NCBI GenBank assembly: GCA_041661605.1
Contig: JBAZUE010000001.1
Span: 798,928-862,927, forward strand
DNA length: 64,000 nt
Source of the DNA: Candidatus Omnitrophota bacterium
Lineage (GTDB): Bacteria > Omnitrophota > Gorgyraeia > Gygaellales > Profunditerraquicolaceae
Reading direction: 5' to 3'
Made by a program: the position numbers and the translations under genes. How positions within the stretch are numbered: position 1 is the first letter of the stretch; each line of letters opens with the position of its first letter. The notes beneath the pieces are model-generated. The model did not search any database, had not been told where the DNA came from, and was given only the letters and a program-made list of their open reading frames with translations. Positions 1 through 8,763 of the stretch are shown in pieces.

Positions 1-27
1 AACCACTAATATTCGCATTTACTTTCC

Positions 28-1260
28 CTATTTATTAATCTGTATTAAACGGATCTCGTCAATAATAGCATCTTCGCCATCACAAGCAGGAGAACTGGAT
101 TGGCCAAGCTGAACATTGCCCGCGCCGTGATTCTCAAATCTGATGGTCACGACTTTGCCTTTATAATGCGACAAATCCACGGTCTCAAGGCTCCATTCTC
201 CGCTATAAATTTTATCATAAACCGTATCCGAAGCAGTCGGCCCCTGCACAATCACCTTTAATAAACCATCGCTCCATTGCTTATTCAGTTCGCTATATAA
301 GGCGCTGTGGCGTAAAAACTGCAGGCCTAAGTTTTCCTGGTCAGGCAGGGCTATTTTCTTTTCAATCCAGCTGAATTTATCTCCCGCCCAATTACAGGCG
401 GGAATAACCATCACGCCTTTTCTTCCAAAACTATCTGCCTGCCAAAAAGCTTCGGCATCCCAATTATCAGAACAACCTCCGGCCCATCCATCAATATCCT
501 TATCAAACGGCCATTCCACCCGTTTATCAGCAGTTTCTTTAGACTCATCCCTGGCAGGGGCCTTAAATTCCTTATCCTCTCTTGGGTTTGCTTCCAATGC
601 ATCAGGCGACTTGATGGTCACCGCGAATATTTCCGAATAAGGAAGGTCATCTATCCAGCTATCACTGATCAGGATATCCTTCACCGGCTCCGATACCCTG
701 GGGTTAATAAAACTGATGTGGTATATGCTGCAATCTTTGCGCACCGGATTTTTACCTAAAGTTTTAATCCGCGCTCCATCCTTGGACCAGGCGCCCGGAC
801 CCATGTGGAACCAATCCCAGAAAACAGGCACGGAAAGGCTCTTATAAACGCCGTCCTGATAAATAAAGATAGCCGTAAGTACCGCGTAAAAATATTTATC
901 TCCGTATAAACGCATCAGGCTATCGTGCTGATAGCTATTGCCGAAATTTCCTCCCGCCAAAAAATGTATTTCATCTACTTTTGTCCCCGGCCTTACCGGC
1001 AGGGAAAACAAATTATTGCCTTCAAGATTGAGCCTTCCGTAATCCTTCCAATCATCAGCTCCCCTTACCAGAAAGTCAATCCCGTCATATTTCAAATATT
1101 TACTGCTAAACTTATTGGCTCCGGCGCCCACTAAGCTAAAACTCTCCCTGGTATTTTTGGTAAGATAGTAGAAATTATCCTTCTTCTCCCAGCGCACCCC
1201 AGCCCATGAGACTATTGGGAACAAAACCAAAACTATAACACTCAAAATTTTCTTCTTCAT
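28..1260 (-). CDS. hypothetical secreted protein, no family recognised
   Basis: 410-aa ORF fills the interval. The N-terminus MKKKILSVIVLVLFPIVSWAG looks like a Sec signal peptide. No catalytic motif recognised. Confidence 0.5.
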   Translation of the reverse strand: MKKKILSVIVLVLFPIVSWAGVRWEKKDNFYYLTKNTRESFSLVGAGANKFSSKYLKYDGIDFLVRGADDWKDYGRLNLEGNNLFSLPVRPGTKVDEIHFLAGGNFGNSYQHDSLMRLYGDKYFYAVLTAIFIYQDGVYKSLSVPVFWDWFHMGPGAWSKDGARIKTLGKNPVRKDCSIYHISFINPRVSEPVKDILISDSWIDDLPYSEIFAVTIKSPDALEANPREDKEFKAPARDESKETADKRVEWPFDKDIDGWAGGCSDNWDAEAFWQADSFGRKGVMVIPACNWAGDKFSWIEKKIALPDQENLGLQFLRHSALYSELNKQWSDGLLKVIVQGPTASDTVYDKIYSGEWSLETVDLSHYKGKVVTIRFENHGAGNVQLGQSSSPACDGEDAIIDEIRLIQINK

Positions 1261-1265
1261 TTTAG

Positions 1266-1586
1266 TTACGCCTTAATCATTACTAAAAGCATCTTGAAAC
1301 GCTCTACCGCCTTTAGTGAATGTGGCTTATTTGCCGGCATGATAATTGTTTCGCCAGATTTTAACAAGTGTACTTTTCCCGCGATATAGATTTCCGCCCT
1401 GCCATCAAAGATGTAAACTAACGCGTCAAACGGCGCGGTATGTTCGCTTAATTCCTGCCCCCTATCAAAGGCAAAAAGCGTTACCGAGCCTTTTTCTTTC
1501 CTGATAATTTCCTTGCTAACAACAGCGCCATCCTGATAATCTACCAAACTAACCAGGATTCCTGCTTCCCCAATTATATTCATCAT
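1266..1586 (-). CDS. cupin-fold protein
   Basis: 106-aa ORF. ELSEHTAPFDALVYIFDGRAEI ... SGETIIMPANKPHSL fits the two-motif cupin beta-barrel pattern. Confidence 0.6.
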   Translation of the reverse strand: MMNIIGEAGILVSLVDYQDGAVVSKEIIRKEKGSVTLFAFDRGQELSEHTAPFDALVYIFDGRAEIYIAGKVHLLKSGETIIMPANKPHSLKAVERFKMLLVMIKA

Positions 1587-1619
1587 TTATTCATTACTTT
1601 AAACAAAATGAAATAGTAA

Positions 1620-2117
1620 TTATTTTTTGAGTGGCCGCTTATTGATATGATCTACTAAAGCCTTGGCCTCTTCTTTTGTAAGTTTGCTGTTTATTGTAGT
1701 TTTCCCTGTTGTAACAGGATCATAAATTTTAGGGGTATCCTGCAGTTTTCCATCAATAAATATGGCCATTCTTCTTCCGCCGTACTTAGAAGTAATTTCG
1801 TTAAATTTCTGTATTCCTTCCTTATTGAATTGCACATCAATAATTACCCCGGGCGTATTTGTGGCTTCTTGCACTCTAATTTTTGCGGACCCAATATCTT
1901 TTGTTGAAAGAAACGGACTGTTAGTCACATATAATTCTTCATAATTATCCAGCATTGCTGCTTTGTGACAATCTGTTTGGCCCACACCGGCACAAACCAT
2001 TCTGAATTCTATTGAGTTTTTATCTTCTGAATCCGGGTTATCCCCGTTAGCATAACTTAATGAAAAACCTAAAGAGCATAAAACAATTAATCCGGCATAA
2101 ACAAATTTATTCTTCAT
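1620..2117 (-). CDS. hypothetical secreted protein; C-terminal part resembles the SecD periplasmic P1-head segment
   Basis: 165-aa ORF with signal peptide MKNKFVYAGLIVLCSLGFSLSYA. The segment GGRRMAIFIDGKLQDTPKIYDPVTTGKTTINSKLTKEEAKAL resembles the SecD LAIVLDG..SAP.I...I.gG.a.I motif region. The function call is weak. Confidence 0.4.
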   Translation of the reverse strand: MKNKFVYAGLIVLCSLGFSLSYANGDNPDSEDKNSIEFRMVCAGVGQTDCHKAAMLDNYEELYVTNSPFLSTKDIGSAKIRVQEATNTPGVIIDVQFNKEGIQKFNEITSKYGGRRMAIFIDGKLQDTPKIYDPVTTGKTTINSKLTKEEAKALVDHINKRPLKK

Positions 2118-2140
2118 CTTCCCTCCTAAGCATTACCTTA

Positions 2141-2304
2141 CGCGGGGCCTGTCGAGGCTTGCCTCTCGCAGCACCGCTTGCTCGCCCCAGCGTGGCTCGC
2201 TACGCTTCGGCAAAATTTTCGCTCTGCCTACTTTGTACATAGCCGGGCAACCCTGCCCGCTCAAATTTTGAGATGCTGCTCGAGTTCAATCCTCGCCACC
2301 CTGC
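2141..2304. repeat. GC-rich structured intergenic repeat, copy A (diverged, reverse orientation relative to copies B and C)
   Basis: Aligns to the reverse complement of 3301-3470: gtcgaggc..tctcgc..gccccagcgtggc at the left and cctcgccaccc at the right. It is visibly GC-rich in AT-rich surroundings. Confidence 0.6.
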
Positions 2305-2347
2305 TAAGCCATCACGATCATCAATTCTATCCCAATGAAACTTATAA

Positions 2348-2719
2348 TTACCTGGTATTTACCAACCCTGAATTAATCTCACTATTTGAGTCATTCATCG
2401 TATATCTCTCAACTTTGCCATCTTTATTTATAAGAATAGTTAACATTTGCTGCCGTATATCCATTCCGCTTGAAAAAATATTAACAACTGGAATAAAATT
2501 AGATGTACGATTCTTAACCTTGGCATATTGATATAACATTATTATCTTGCCATCTGAAGATAAAGTTTTCATATAAGGACTACCTAGAATATCAACGACT
2601 TCTTGCTCCGTAGTTACACCTTCTTTTATTTGAGATATCTTATTCTGATCAATGGGCTTGCCCACAGTAGCACAACCCACTAAAAAAACCAATGTTGATA
2701 ATAAAATTAACTTTTTCAT
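2348..2719 (-). CDS. lipoprotein, BamE/SmpA-OmlA-like
   Basis: Lipobox LVGC after MKKLILLSTLVF. I moved the start to Met16 of the track ORF so that it no longer overlaps the upstream gene. IKEGVTTEQEVVDILGSPY resembles the BamE fold motif. Confidence 0.5.
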   Translation of the reverse strand: MKKLILLSTLVFLVGCATVGKPIDQNKISQIKEGVTTEQEVVDILGSPYMKTLSSDGKIIMLYQYAKVKNRTSNFIPVVNIFSSGMDIRQQMLTILINKDGKVERYTMNDSNSEINSGLVNTR

Positions 2720-2733
2720 TTTTATCTTTAAGA

Positions 2734-3150
2734 TTATCTTCTCAAAAACGGACTTAATCCCCAAAGTAAGAATGCTCCACCAATAAAAAACAAGGAAATG
2801 TAAATTATTATTGCGTATATTTTATAAATAATTGCTATTTGCTTAACTGCATCCATAAAATCATTAAAATCTTCCTTATCTTTTACTAAACACAACTTTC
2901 TTGAAAACTTTAAGTTATAAACTCCTAACAAACCTGTTATCATAGCTTGTATAATTGGCCCTATCCCTTCTATAGCAGATTTCTTAGCCACCAAAGATGT
3001 ATCTGCTTCCCTAACACCAAATAGAAACATTAATCCTACCGCTAAGGTAAAAACACTTGCCAAACATAAAAAGATGCCGAAAATCTTTGAATTAATAACT
3101 AGTAAATTAATCACCCTCCTCTGCGACTCCCTGTTAATGTTCTCAACCAT
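2734..3150 (-). CDS. hypothetical integral membrane protein
   Basis: 138-aa ORF with three to four hydrophobic helices (FGIFLCLASVFTLAVGLMFLFGV, IIQAMITGLLGVY, IIIYISLFFIGGAFLLWGL). Confidence 0.5.
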   Translation of the reverse strand: MVENINRESQRRVINLLVINSKIFGIFLCLASVFTLAVGLMFLFGVREADTSLVAKKSAIEGIGPIIQAMITGLLGVYNLKFSRKLCLVKDKEDFNDFMDAVKQIAIIYKIYAIIIYISLFFIGGAFLLWGLSPFLRR

Positions 3151-3300
3151 ATTGTAATCTCCCTTGTTAAATTAATTAATAATTTCTGGGGAAGTTTATA
3201 TTTTTCAAAAATCAGAATATTTAACACCAAAATAAGGCATAAAATATTTAAATCTCTTGGCTGCTCCAAAGGCAACTTGCCATTCTTGCCAATCCACATT

Positions 3301-3470
3301 GCGGGTGGCGAGGCGTGTTTAGAGCAGGGCGTTTGCAGGCAGAGCGGGCAAGGTCCCGCCACCACTATTGTTTTGCGGGGAGCGAGGCCGAAACTGAGCG
3401 AAGCGAACGAAGTTTGCCACGCTGGGGCAAACGAGCGTCCCGGCGAGAAACACGCCTCGACAAACCCACA
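3301..3470. repeat. GC-rich structured intergenic repeat, copy B (most complete)
   Basis: Closed by a perfect 12-bp inverted repeat, cgaggcgtgttt (3309-3320) and aaacacgcctcg (3448-3459). Internal hairpins are gcggg-caaggt-cccgc and gtttgcc-N7-ggcaaac. It shares identical blocks of 17, 29 and 23 nt with 46634-46775. Confidence 0.75.
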
Positions 3471-3510
3471 ATTCTAAGACATTAATGCTATATGAAGAGT
3501 CACCCTGTAA

Positions 3511-4380
3511 TTATTTCTTCTCTTCTTTGTTCTTTATGGGTAAAAAGCCGGCCATTTCGCCAATTACATTGACTAATTCAGTATTTGCCGGAACCACAAT
3601 CTTCGCGTTATTCTGCAATGACTTCTCAACCGCTTCCAGTTTACGCAATACCTGCGCATTACCGGTAAAATATCTCTCTGCTGCCTCATTAACTAATTTT
3701 ATCGCCTCTGCCTCTCCCTCTGCTTCAAGGATTCTGGCCTGTTTTATACCTTCAGCTTTCTTAATCTCTGCGCGCTTTTGTCCGTCAGCTACGGTTTCAG
3801 TGGCTGTAGCATAATCAACCGCGGAGATTTTCTCATTCTCTGCCTTAACAACTTTATTCATCGTCTCCTGGACATCTTTAGGAGGATCAATTTCTTTAAG
3901 CTCTGTCCTGACAATCTCTAAACCCCAGCTGGCAGTCTCTTCGCAGAGAGTTTTATGCAACTCAGCGTTAATCTTGCCTCTTTCGCTGTTAGCGGATTTT
4001 AAAGTTAAAGTACCGATTATATTTCTTAATGTGGTGCGGGCTAAGTTTACAATCTGCCACTGATAATTATTCACGCTATACTGACAGTTCTTCACATCAG
4101 CCTCATCAGCTTTTACTTTAAAATAAACCTGGGCATCTACTTTGGCATTCAAGTTATCATTAGTAATAATTTCCTGCGGCTCAGCATCCACCATTTGCTC
4201 AGTGATATTAATTTGATAAAGAACTTCAATTATGGGGAATACCCAGTTAAATCCCGGATTAGCAAAACGGTTATACTTACCAAACCTTTCAACTAAAGCC
4301 CTGTGCGTAGGCCGTACAATCCTGATACCCATAAGGAATATTACCACCGCAGCCGTAATTACCAAGACTAGAATATTCAT
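3511..4380 (-). CDS. SPFH/band-7 family membrane protein (stomatin/prohibitin-like)
   Basis: 289 aa. N-terminal TM helix, then VRPTHRALVERFGKY...NPGFNWVFP and a C-terminal Ala/Glu-rich coiled coil (AEIKKAEGIKQARILEAEGEAEAIK), typical of SPFH proteins. Confidence 0.8.
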   Translation of the reverse strand: MNILVLVITAAVVIFLMGIRIVRPTHRALVERFGKYNRFANPGFNWVFPIIEVLYQINITEQMVDAEPQEIITNDNLNAKVDAQVYFKVKADEADVKNCQYSVNNYQWQIVNLARTTLRNIIGTLTLKSANSERGKINAELHKTLCEETASWGLEIVRTELKEIDPPKDVQETMNKVVKAENEKISAVDYATATETVADGQKRAEIKKAEGIKQARILEAEGEAEAIKLVNEAAERYFTGNAQVLRKLEAVEKSLQNNAKIVVPANTELVNVIGEMAGFLPIKNKEEKK

Positions 4381-4844
4381 TCCCCACCTCCTGTTTTGCT
4401 TTTGCTTTCAATAATTGCTTTCTGCTCTTCATAAACCGCATCAGAGAATAGGCGGTTATTTTCTAATTCTGCCTCAAGCGCATTTACCTTCTCTAATTGC
4501 AGCACATACTCCGCGTAATCATCGCAAGAATATTGCGAATTCTTTAATTCCGCCTCTATATCATTTTCAATTGCCGAAAACTCGCTTTCAATGGACTCAT
4601 TCAAATGCCGCTCTATCTTTTCCGCTTTATCCCGATCATGTAATAAATTATCTTTGATATCTTCCGTGATATCATCCCTGCCCAGCATTTGCGATATAGA
4701 AAGATTTTCTTTTGCTTTATCCAACATCTCCTTTTTTGCTGCCAGAAACCTTAACTTGCCGTTTTGGCTGAAAATCAACATCTCCTCAAGCTTCTTACGT
4801 TCTTTGTAATAAGATTCTTTTAATAATTCCAGATAAGCATCCAT
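4377..4844 (-). CDS. hypothetical coiled-coil protein, translationally coupled to the SPFH gene
   Basis: 155-aa ORF rich in charged residues. Its stop overlaps the SPFH start by 4 nt. Confidence 0.45.
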   Translation of the reverse strand: MDAYLELLKESYYKERKKLEEMLIFSQNGKLRFLAAKKEMLDKAKENLSISQMLGRDDITEDIKDNLLHDRDKAEKIERHLNESIESEFSAIENDIEAELKNSQYSCDDYAEYVLQLEKVNALEAELENNRLFSDAVYEEQKAIIESKSKTGGGE

Positions 4845-4861
4845 CCTGAATCAGCCTCCTC

Positions 4862-5866
4862 TTATTCTATCTTAACCTCTTTATTCCCTTTTACAGCCTG
4901 GCCGATAACCCAGGATTTTAACTTCGACTCGGATAATTTCTTTATTATCGCCGAAGCTGACTGCGGTTGGACAATTAAAACCATGCCAATACCCATATTC
5001 AAAGTGTGGTAAATCTCCTTATCTTCAATATTGCCTTTATTCTGGATGAGCCGGAAGATTTCAGGCACGTTCCAGGAATTTTTATCAATACGCGCATTAA
5101 TATTCTTCGGCAATATGCGGCTGATCTTATCGTAAAAAGCTCCTCCGGTGATATGGGATATTCCATGGATGGCTTTGCCGTGCTGGCGCAATAACTCTAA
5201 GACGGGCTTGACATAAATACGCGTGGGCTTAAGCAGTTCTGCGCTCATCCTCTTTAATTCCGCAGGGCCTAAAACTTTTCTTACCAGTGAATAGCCATTA
5301 GAATGCAGGCCGCTTGAGGCAATGCCGATCAGCTTATCACCAGCTTCAATCTTTTCGCCGTTAATTATTTTATCTCTTTCCACTACCCCCACGCAAAAAC
5401 CGGCAATATCATATTCACCCTCTTTATACATCCCGGGCATCTGCGCGGTTTCTCCGCCGATAAGCGAACAGCCGCTTTCAATGCAGCCCTTATTTATCCC
5501 GCTGACTACATCCACCAGGACATCTTCCTTAACTTTGCTGAAAGCTACATAATCCAGGAAGAAAAGCGGCTGGGCGCCGGTGCAAAGTATGTCATTAACA
5601 TTCATTGCCACCGCGTCAATGCCGACTGTATCATGCTTATTGGCTAACTTTGCGATTACCAGTTTTGTCCCTACTCCATCGCTTGATGAAACCAGAACCG
5701 GATTCCTATACTGGTTCTTTTCTAATTTAAAAAAACTGCCAAACCCTCCGATATCCGTCAGCACCTCTTTCCGAAAGGACTTCCTGACTAAAGTTTTTAT
5801 CTTATTTTTAAAAACATTTGCCCCGGTAATATCTACCCCGGAATCTTTATAAGTTATCTTCTTCAT
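4862..5866 (-). CDS. purM: phosphoribosylformylglycinamidine cyclo-ligase (AIR synthetase)
   Basis: 334 aa. YKDSGVDI..., SSDGVGTKL, AMNVNDI and GGETAQMPG are conserved PurM blocks. Confidence 0.93.
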   Translation of the reverse strand: MKKITYKDSGVDITGANVFKNKIKTLVRKSFRKEVLTDIGGFGSFFKLEKNQYRNPVLVSSSDGVGTKLVIAKLANKHDTVGIDAVAMNVNDILCTGAQPLFFLDYVAFSKVKEDVLVDVVSGINKGCIESGCSLIGGETAQMPGMYKEGEYDIAGFCVGVVERDKIINGEKIEAGDKLIGIASSGLHSNGYSLVRKVLGPAELKRMSAELLKPTRIYVKPVLELLRQHGKAIHGISHITGGAFYDKISRILPKNINARIDKNSWNVPEIFRLIQNKGNIEDKEIYHTLNMGIGMVLIVQPQSASAIIKKLSESKLKSWVIGQAVKGNKEVKIE

Positions 5867-7311
5867 ATCTGCAATTCTCCTTGCCCACAGCAGCTTCTCT
5901 CCAAAGAAAATTTACTATGCCTTTTCTCTGCCCTTACCGCGTATTTTCCTGTCCAGCAGGCGGTGCAATAGTTATTCTTCGGATGGTTAAAACAATTCAA
6001 CATCCCGTCTAAGCTCAAATAACCCAGGCTATCAACTTCCAGGTATTTACTGATCTTCTCTAATGTTTCATATTTGTTGGCGATCAGCTCGCTTGCCCGG
6101 TGAAAATCAATCCCGTAAAAACACGGGAAGCGGTGCGCAGGGCATGAGATCCTTAAATGCACCTCTTTTACCCCGGCCTTGCGCAGGTTACGCACACGGA
6201 TCTTTGAAGTTGTGCCGCGCACAATAGAATCATCAACAATAATAATACGCTTACCTTTTAAGATATCCCTTAAAGTATTGAACTTAACCCGCACCCCCAT
6301 ATCCCGGGAATCCTGAGCCGGCTGGATAAATGTCCTGCCTACATAATGATTACGGATAATCCCCATCTCTAAAGGAACCCCCGATTCCTGCGAATAGCCG
6401 AGGGCAGCGGAAAATCCTGAATCCGGAACCGGTACTACAAAATCAGCCTCAACCGGATGCTCTTTGGCCAATTGCGCTCCCAGTTTGCGCCGAACGGTAT
6501 GGACGGTTTCACCAAATACTTTTGAATCCGGACGGGAAAAATAAACATGCTCAAAAGTGCAAAACGCGTAGTGGCCGGCAACCAATTCTTTTGGTTTAAT
6601 CGATTTTAAAACACCCTGGTTATTAATCAACACTATTTCACCGGGTTCAATTTCACGCACGAATTTGGCGCCGATCAAATCAAAAGCGCAGGTCTCTGAA
6701 GCAAAGCAGTATGAAGCCCCGAGTTTTCCTAAAACCAATGGCCGGTAACCATGCGGGTCCCTTACTCCAATCAAATAGTTGCTGTTCATCAAGACCAAGG
6801 AATAGGCGCCTTTAACCCTTTTTAAGGCATAAACCAGGCTATCCTCCAGGCTGCGCTTATTGCTGCGCGCCATAAGATGGATAACCAGCTCTGAATCGGT
6901 CGTAGTCTGAAAGATCGAACCGCTTTTTTCCAGTTTCTGGCGCAGCTCAAGTGAATTTACCAGGTTGCCGTTATGGGCGATACAGATCGAACCATTCGCG
7001 TAATCAAGTAAAAGCGGCTGGGAATTTTTTAATACACTTGAACCGGTAGTAGAATACCGCACGTGGCCCACCGCCATATTGCCTTTTAAGCGGCTGAGCA
7101 CCTGCTCGCTGAATACATCGCTGACTAAACCCATATCTTTATGGATAGACAGCACGCCCTGATTATTAGCCACAATACCGCAGGCCTCCTGGCCGCGGTG
7201 CTGCTGGGCAAAAAGCCCAAGATAAGTAAGCCATACCGCCTGCCTGTTATTTGTTATTCCGAATAACCCGCAATACTCTTTTGGCTGGTCACTTGAGATT
7301 TTCTTTAACAT
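5863..7311 (-). CDS. purF: amidophosphoribosyltransferase
   Basis: Ntn Cys in CGLFGI after a short propeptide. PRTase motif IIIVDDSIVRGTT. C-terminal Fe-S cysteines. I chose the start at ATG 7311 (GGAG 6 nt upstream); the track ORF extends to 7347 and overlaps purQ. Confidence 0.9.
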   Translation of the reverse strand: MLKKISSDQPKEYCGLFGITNNRQAVWLTYLGLFAQQHRGQEACGIVANNQGVLSIHKDMGLVSDVFSEQVLSRLKGNMAVGHVRYSTTGSSVLKNSQPLLLDYANGSICIAHNGNLVNSLELRQKLEKSGSIFQTTTDSELVIHLMARSNKRSLEDSLVYALKRVKGAYSLVLMNSNYLIGVRDPHGYRPLVLGKLGASYCFASETCAFDLIGAKFVREIEPGEIVLINNQGVLKSIKPKELVAGHYAFCTFEHVYFSRPDSKVFGETVHTVRRKLGAQLAKEHPVEADFVVPVPDSGFSAALGYSQESGVPLEMGIIRNHYVGRTFIQPAQDSRDMGVRVKFNTLRDILKGKRIIIVDDSIVRGTTSKIRVRNLRKAGVKEVHLRISCPAHRFPCFYGIDFHRASELIANKYETLEKISKYLEVDSLGYLSLDGMLNCFNHPKNNYCTACWTGKYAVRAEKRHSKFSLERSCCGQGELQI

Positions 7312-8092
7312 ATTCCACTCCATTTCTGAATATTTGTAATCCATCACCTTCGTGTTTGGATTTTAATTCCCAGTTACGCGGATGGGACGCCGCGTAGATA
7401 TGTCTTTCCGGATGCGGCATCAGGCCTAAAATCCTGCCTGTCTCGTCGGTGATTCCGGCAATATTCTCTATCGAGCCATTCGGGTTATCCGGATAACCGG
7501 AACACTTACCCTCGGCGTCGCAATATTCAAAAACAATCTGGCTGTTTTTCTTAAGCCGGTTTAATACCTGCTTGTCCTCTGTCACAAACTTACCTTCTCC
7601 GTGAGCTACCGGAAGATAGATTATTTTCTTCAAGCCTTTTGTCCAGGCGCATTTTCCTGTCGGCTTCAGGTACACCCAGCGGGCCTCAAATTTTCCTGAG
7701 TCATTGATGATCAAGCTGGTATCGCGCAGTGGCGCGCACCGGCCGCTCCGGTCAGGCCGGGTGCCTGGCAGGAGCCCGCTTTTAACCAGGATCTGAAAAC
7801 CATTGCAGATACCGATAATTAATTTTCCATCAGCGATGAATTGACGCAAAGAATCCGCAAGCTTAAACCTTAGCTCATTGGCAAAGATCTTCCCCGAGGC
7901 GATATCGTCGCCATAGCTGAAACCTCCGGGCAGGGCCAATATATGGAAATCATTGAGCATCCTTTGCCTGCCAACCAGGCTGTTTATATGCAAAAGTTCG
8001 CACTCCGCTCCGGCAAGCTTAAATGCCGCCGCAGTCTCTTTGTCGCAGTTGGTGCCGGCGCTTCTTAAAATGCAAACTTTAGGTTTTTTCAT
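7289..8092 (-). CDS. purQ: phosphoribosylformylglycinamidine synthase, glutaminase subunit
   Basis: 267 aa. GATase triad context GICNGFQIL ... MPHPER. Confidence 0.9.
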   Translation of the reverse strand: MKKPKVCILRSAGTNCDKETAAAFKLAGAECELLHINSLVGRQRMLNDFHILALPGGFSYGDDIASGKIFANELRFKLADSLRQFIADGKLIIGICNGFQILVKSGLLPGTRPDRSGRCAPLRDTSLIINDSGKFEARWVYLKPTGKCAWTKGLKKIIYLPVAHGEGKFVTEDKQVLNRLKKNSQIVFEYCDAEGKCSGYPDNPNGSIENIAGITDETGRILGLMPHPERHIYAASHPRNWELKSKHEGDGLQIFRNGVEYVKENLK

Positions 8093-8756
8093 AAAATCTT
8101 TTTATGGCCTGCACCACTTCTTTGGGTTCATCGGCCAAAACAAATAATTTCAGGTCTTCTTTGCTGATATTGCCATGGCTGTAGACCGTAGACTTCAACC
8201 ATTCCAATAGCGGCTTCCAATATTTACTGTCAAAAAGGATTACCGGGAATTTATCTATCCTGTTGGTCTGGATAAGGGTAATTGCCTCAAAGAATTCATC
8301 CAAAGTCCCGAATCCTCCGGGCAGGATTACAAAAGCCTTGGCGTATTTTACAAACATAACCTTGCGCACAAAAAAGTAACGGAACCTCAAAACAGTATCT
8401 ACGAATCTATTCGGCTTCTGCTCGCAGGGCAGCTGAATGTTCAAACCGATAGAATGCCCCTTCGCGGCCCGGGCGCCTTTGTTAGCCGCCTCCATAAGCC
8501 CTGGCCCGCTTCCGGTAATTATCGCGTATCCTGCCTTGGCAATCTGATACGCTATCTCTTCGGCCTGCTTATAATGCCTGCTTCCCGGCTTAGTGCGCGC
8601 CGAACCAAAGATAGAAACTGCCCTGCCTATTTTGGAAAGTATTTCAAAACCGTCCACGAACTCCGACATAATGCGGAATATCCGCCAGGTATCCCCCTGG
8701 AGAAAATCATCCTCTACAAGCATATCTTTTTTAGCACAAGGTTTTATTTTGGCCAT
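8079..8756 (-). CDS. LOG family (TIGR00730-type) nucleotide 5-prime-monophosphate nucleosidase-like protein
   Basis: 225 aa. Has TGSGPGLMEAANKGA and the hallmark PGGFGTLDE motif. Overlaps purQ by 14 nt. Confidence 0.8.
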   Translation of the reverse strand: MAKIKPCAKKDMLVEDDFLQGDTWRIFRIMSEFVDGFEILSKIGRAVSIFGSARTKPGSRHYKQAEEIAYQIAKAGYAIITGSGPGLMEAANKGARAAKGHSIGLNIQLPCEQKPNRFVDTVLRFRYFFVRKVMFVKYAKAFVILPGGFGTLDEFFEAITLIQTNRIDKFPVILFDSKYWKPLLEWLKSTVYSHGNISKEDLKLFVLADEPKEVVQAIKRFYEKT

Positions 8757-8763
8757 TTTACCC

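Noticed and set aside
3368-3393. CRISPR-repeat-like string ttgttttgcggggagcgaggccgaaac, ending in GAAAC.
   Set aside because: It occurs once per repeat unit. There is no array of regularly spaced repeats and spacers, and no cas genes are in the window.
3277-3477. ORFs inside the GC-rich repeats (3277-3477, 46622-46846, 46632-46922, 2060-2242, 2178-2531). Copies B and C share the peptide QGVCR.SGQGPATTI.LRGARPK.
   Set aside because: The shared peptide comes from nucleotide identity. An 8-nt indel between copies B and C breaks the frame. Copy A is inverted. There is no RBS. The sequence is dominated by hairpins. I treat these as non-coding repeats.
7312-7347. The upstream GTG/ATG starts of purF that extend the ORF to 7347.
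   Set aside because: The ATG at 7311 has a GGAG box at good spacing and gives a 12-residue propeptide before the catalytic Cys, comparable to known PurF propeptides. The longer form only adds overlap with purQ. The choice remains uncertain.
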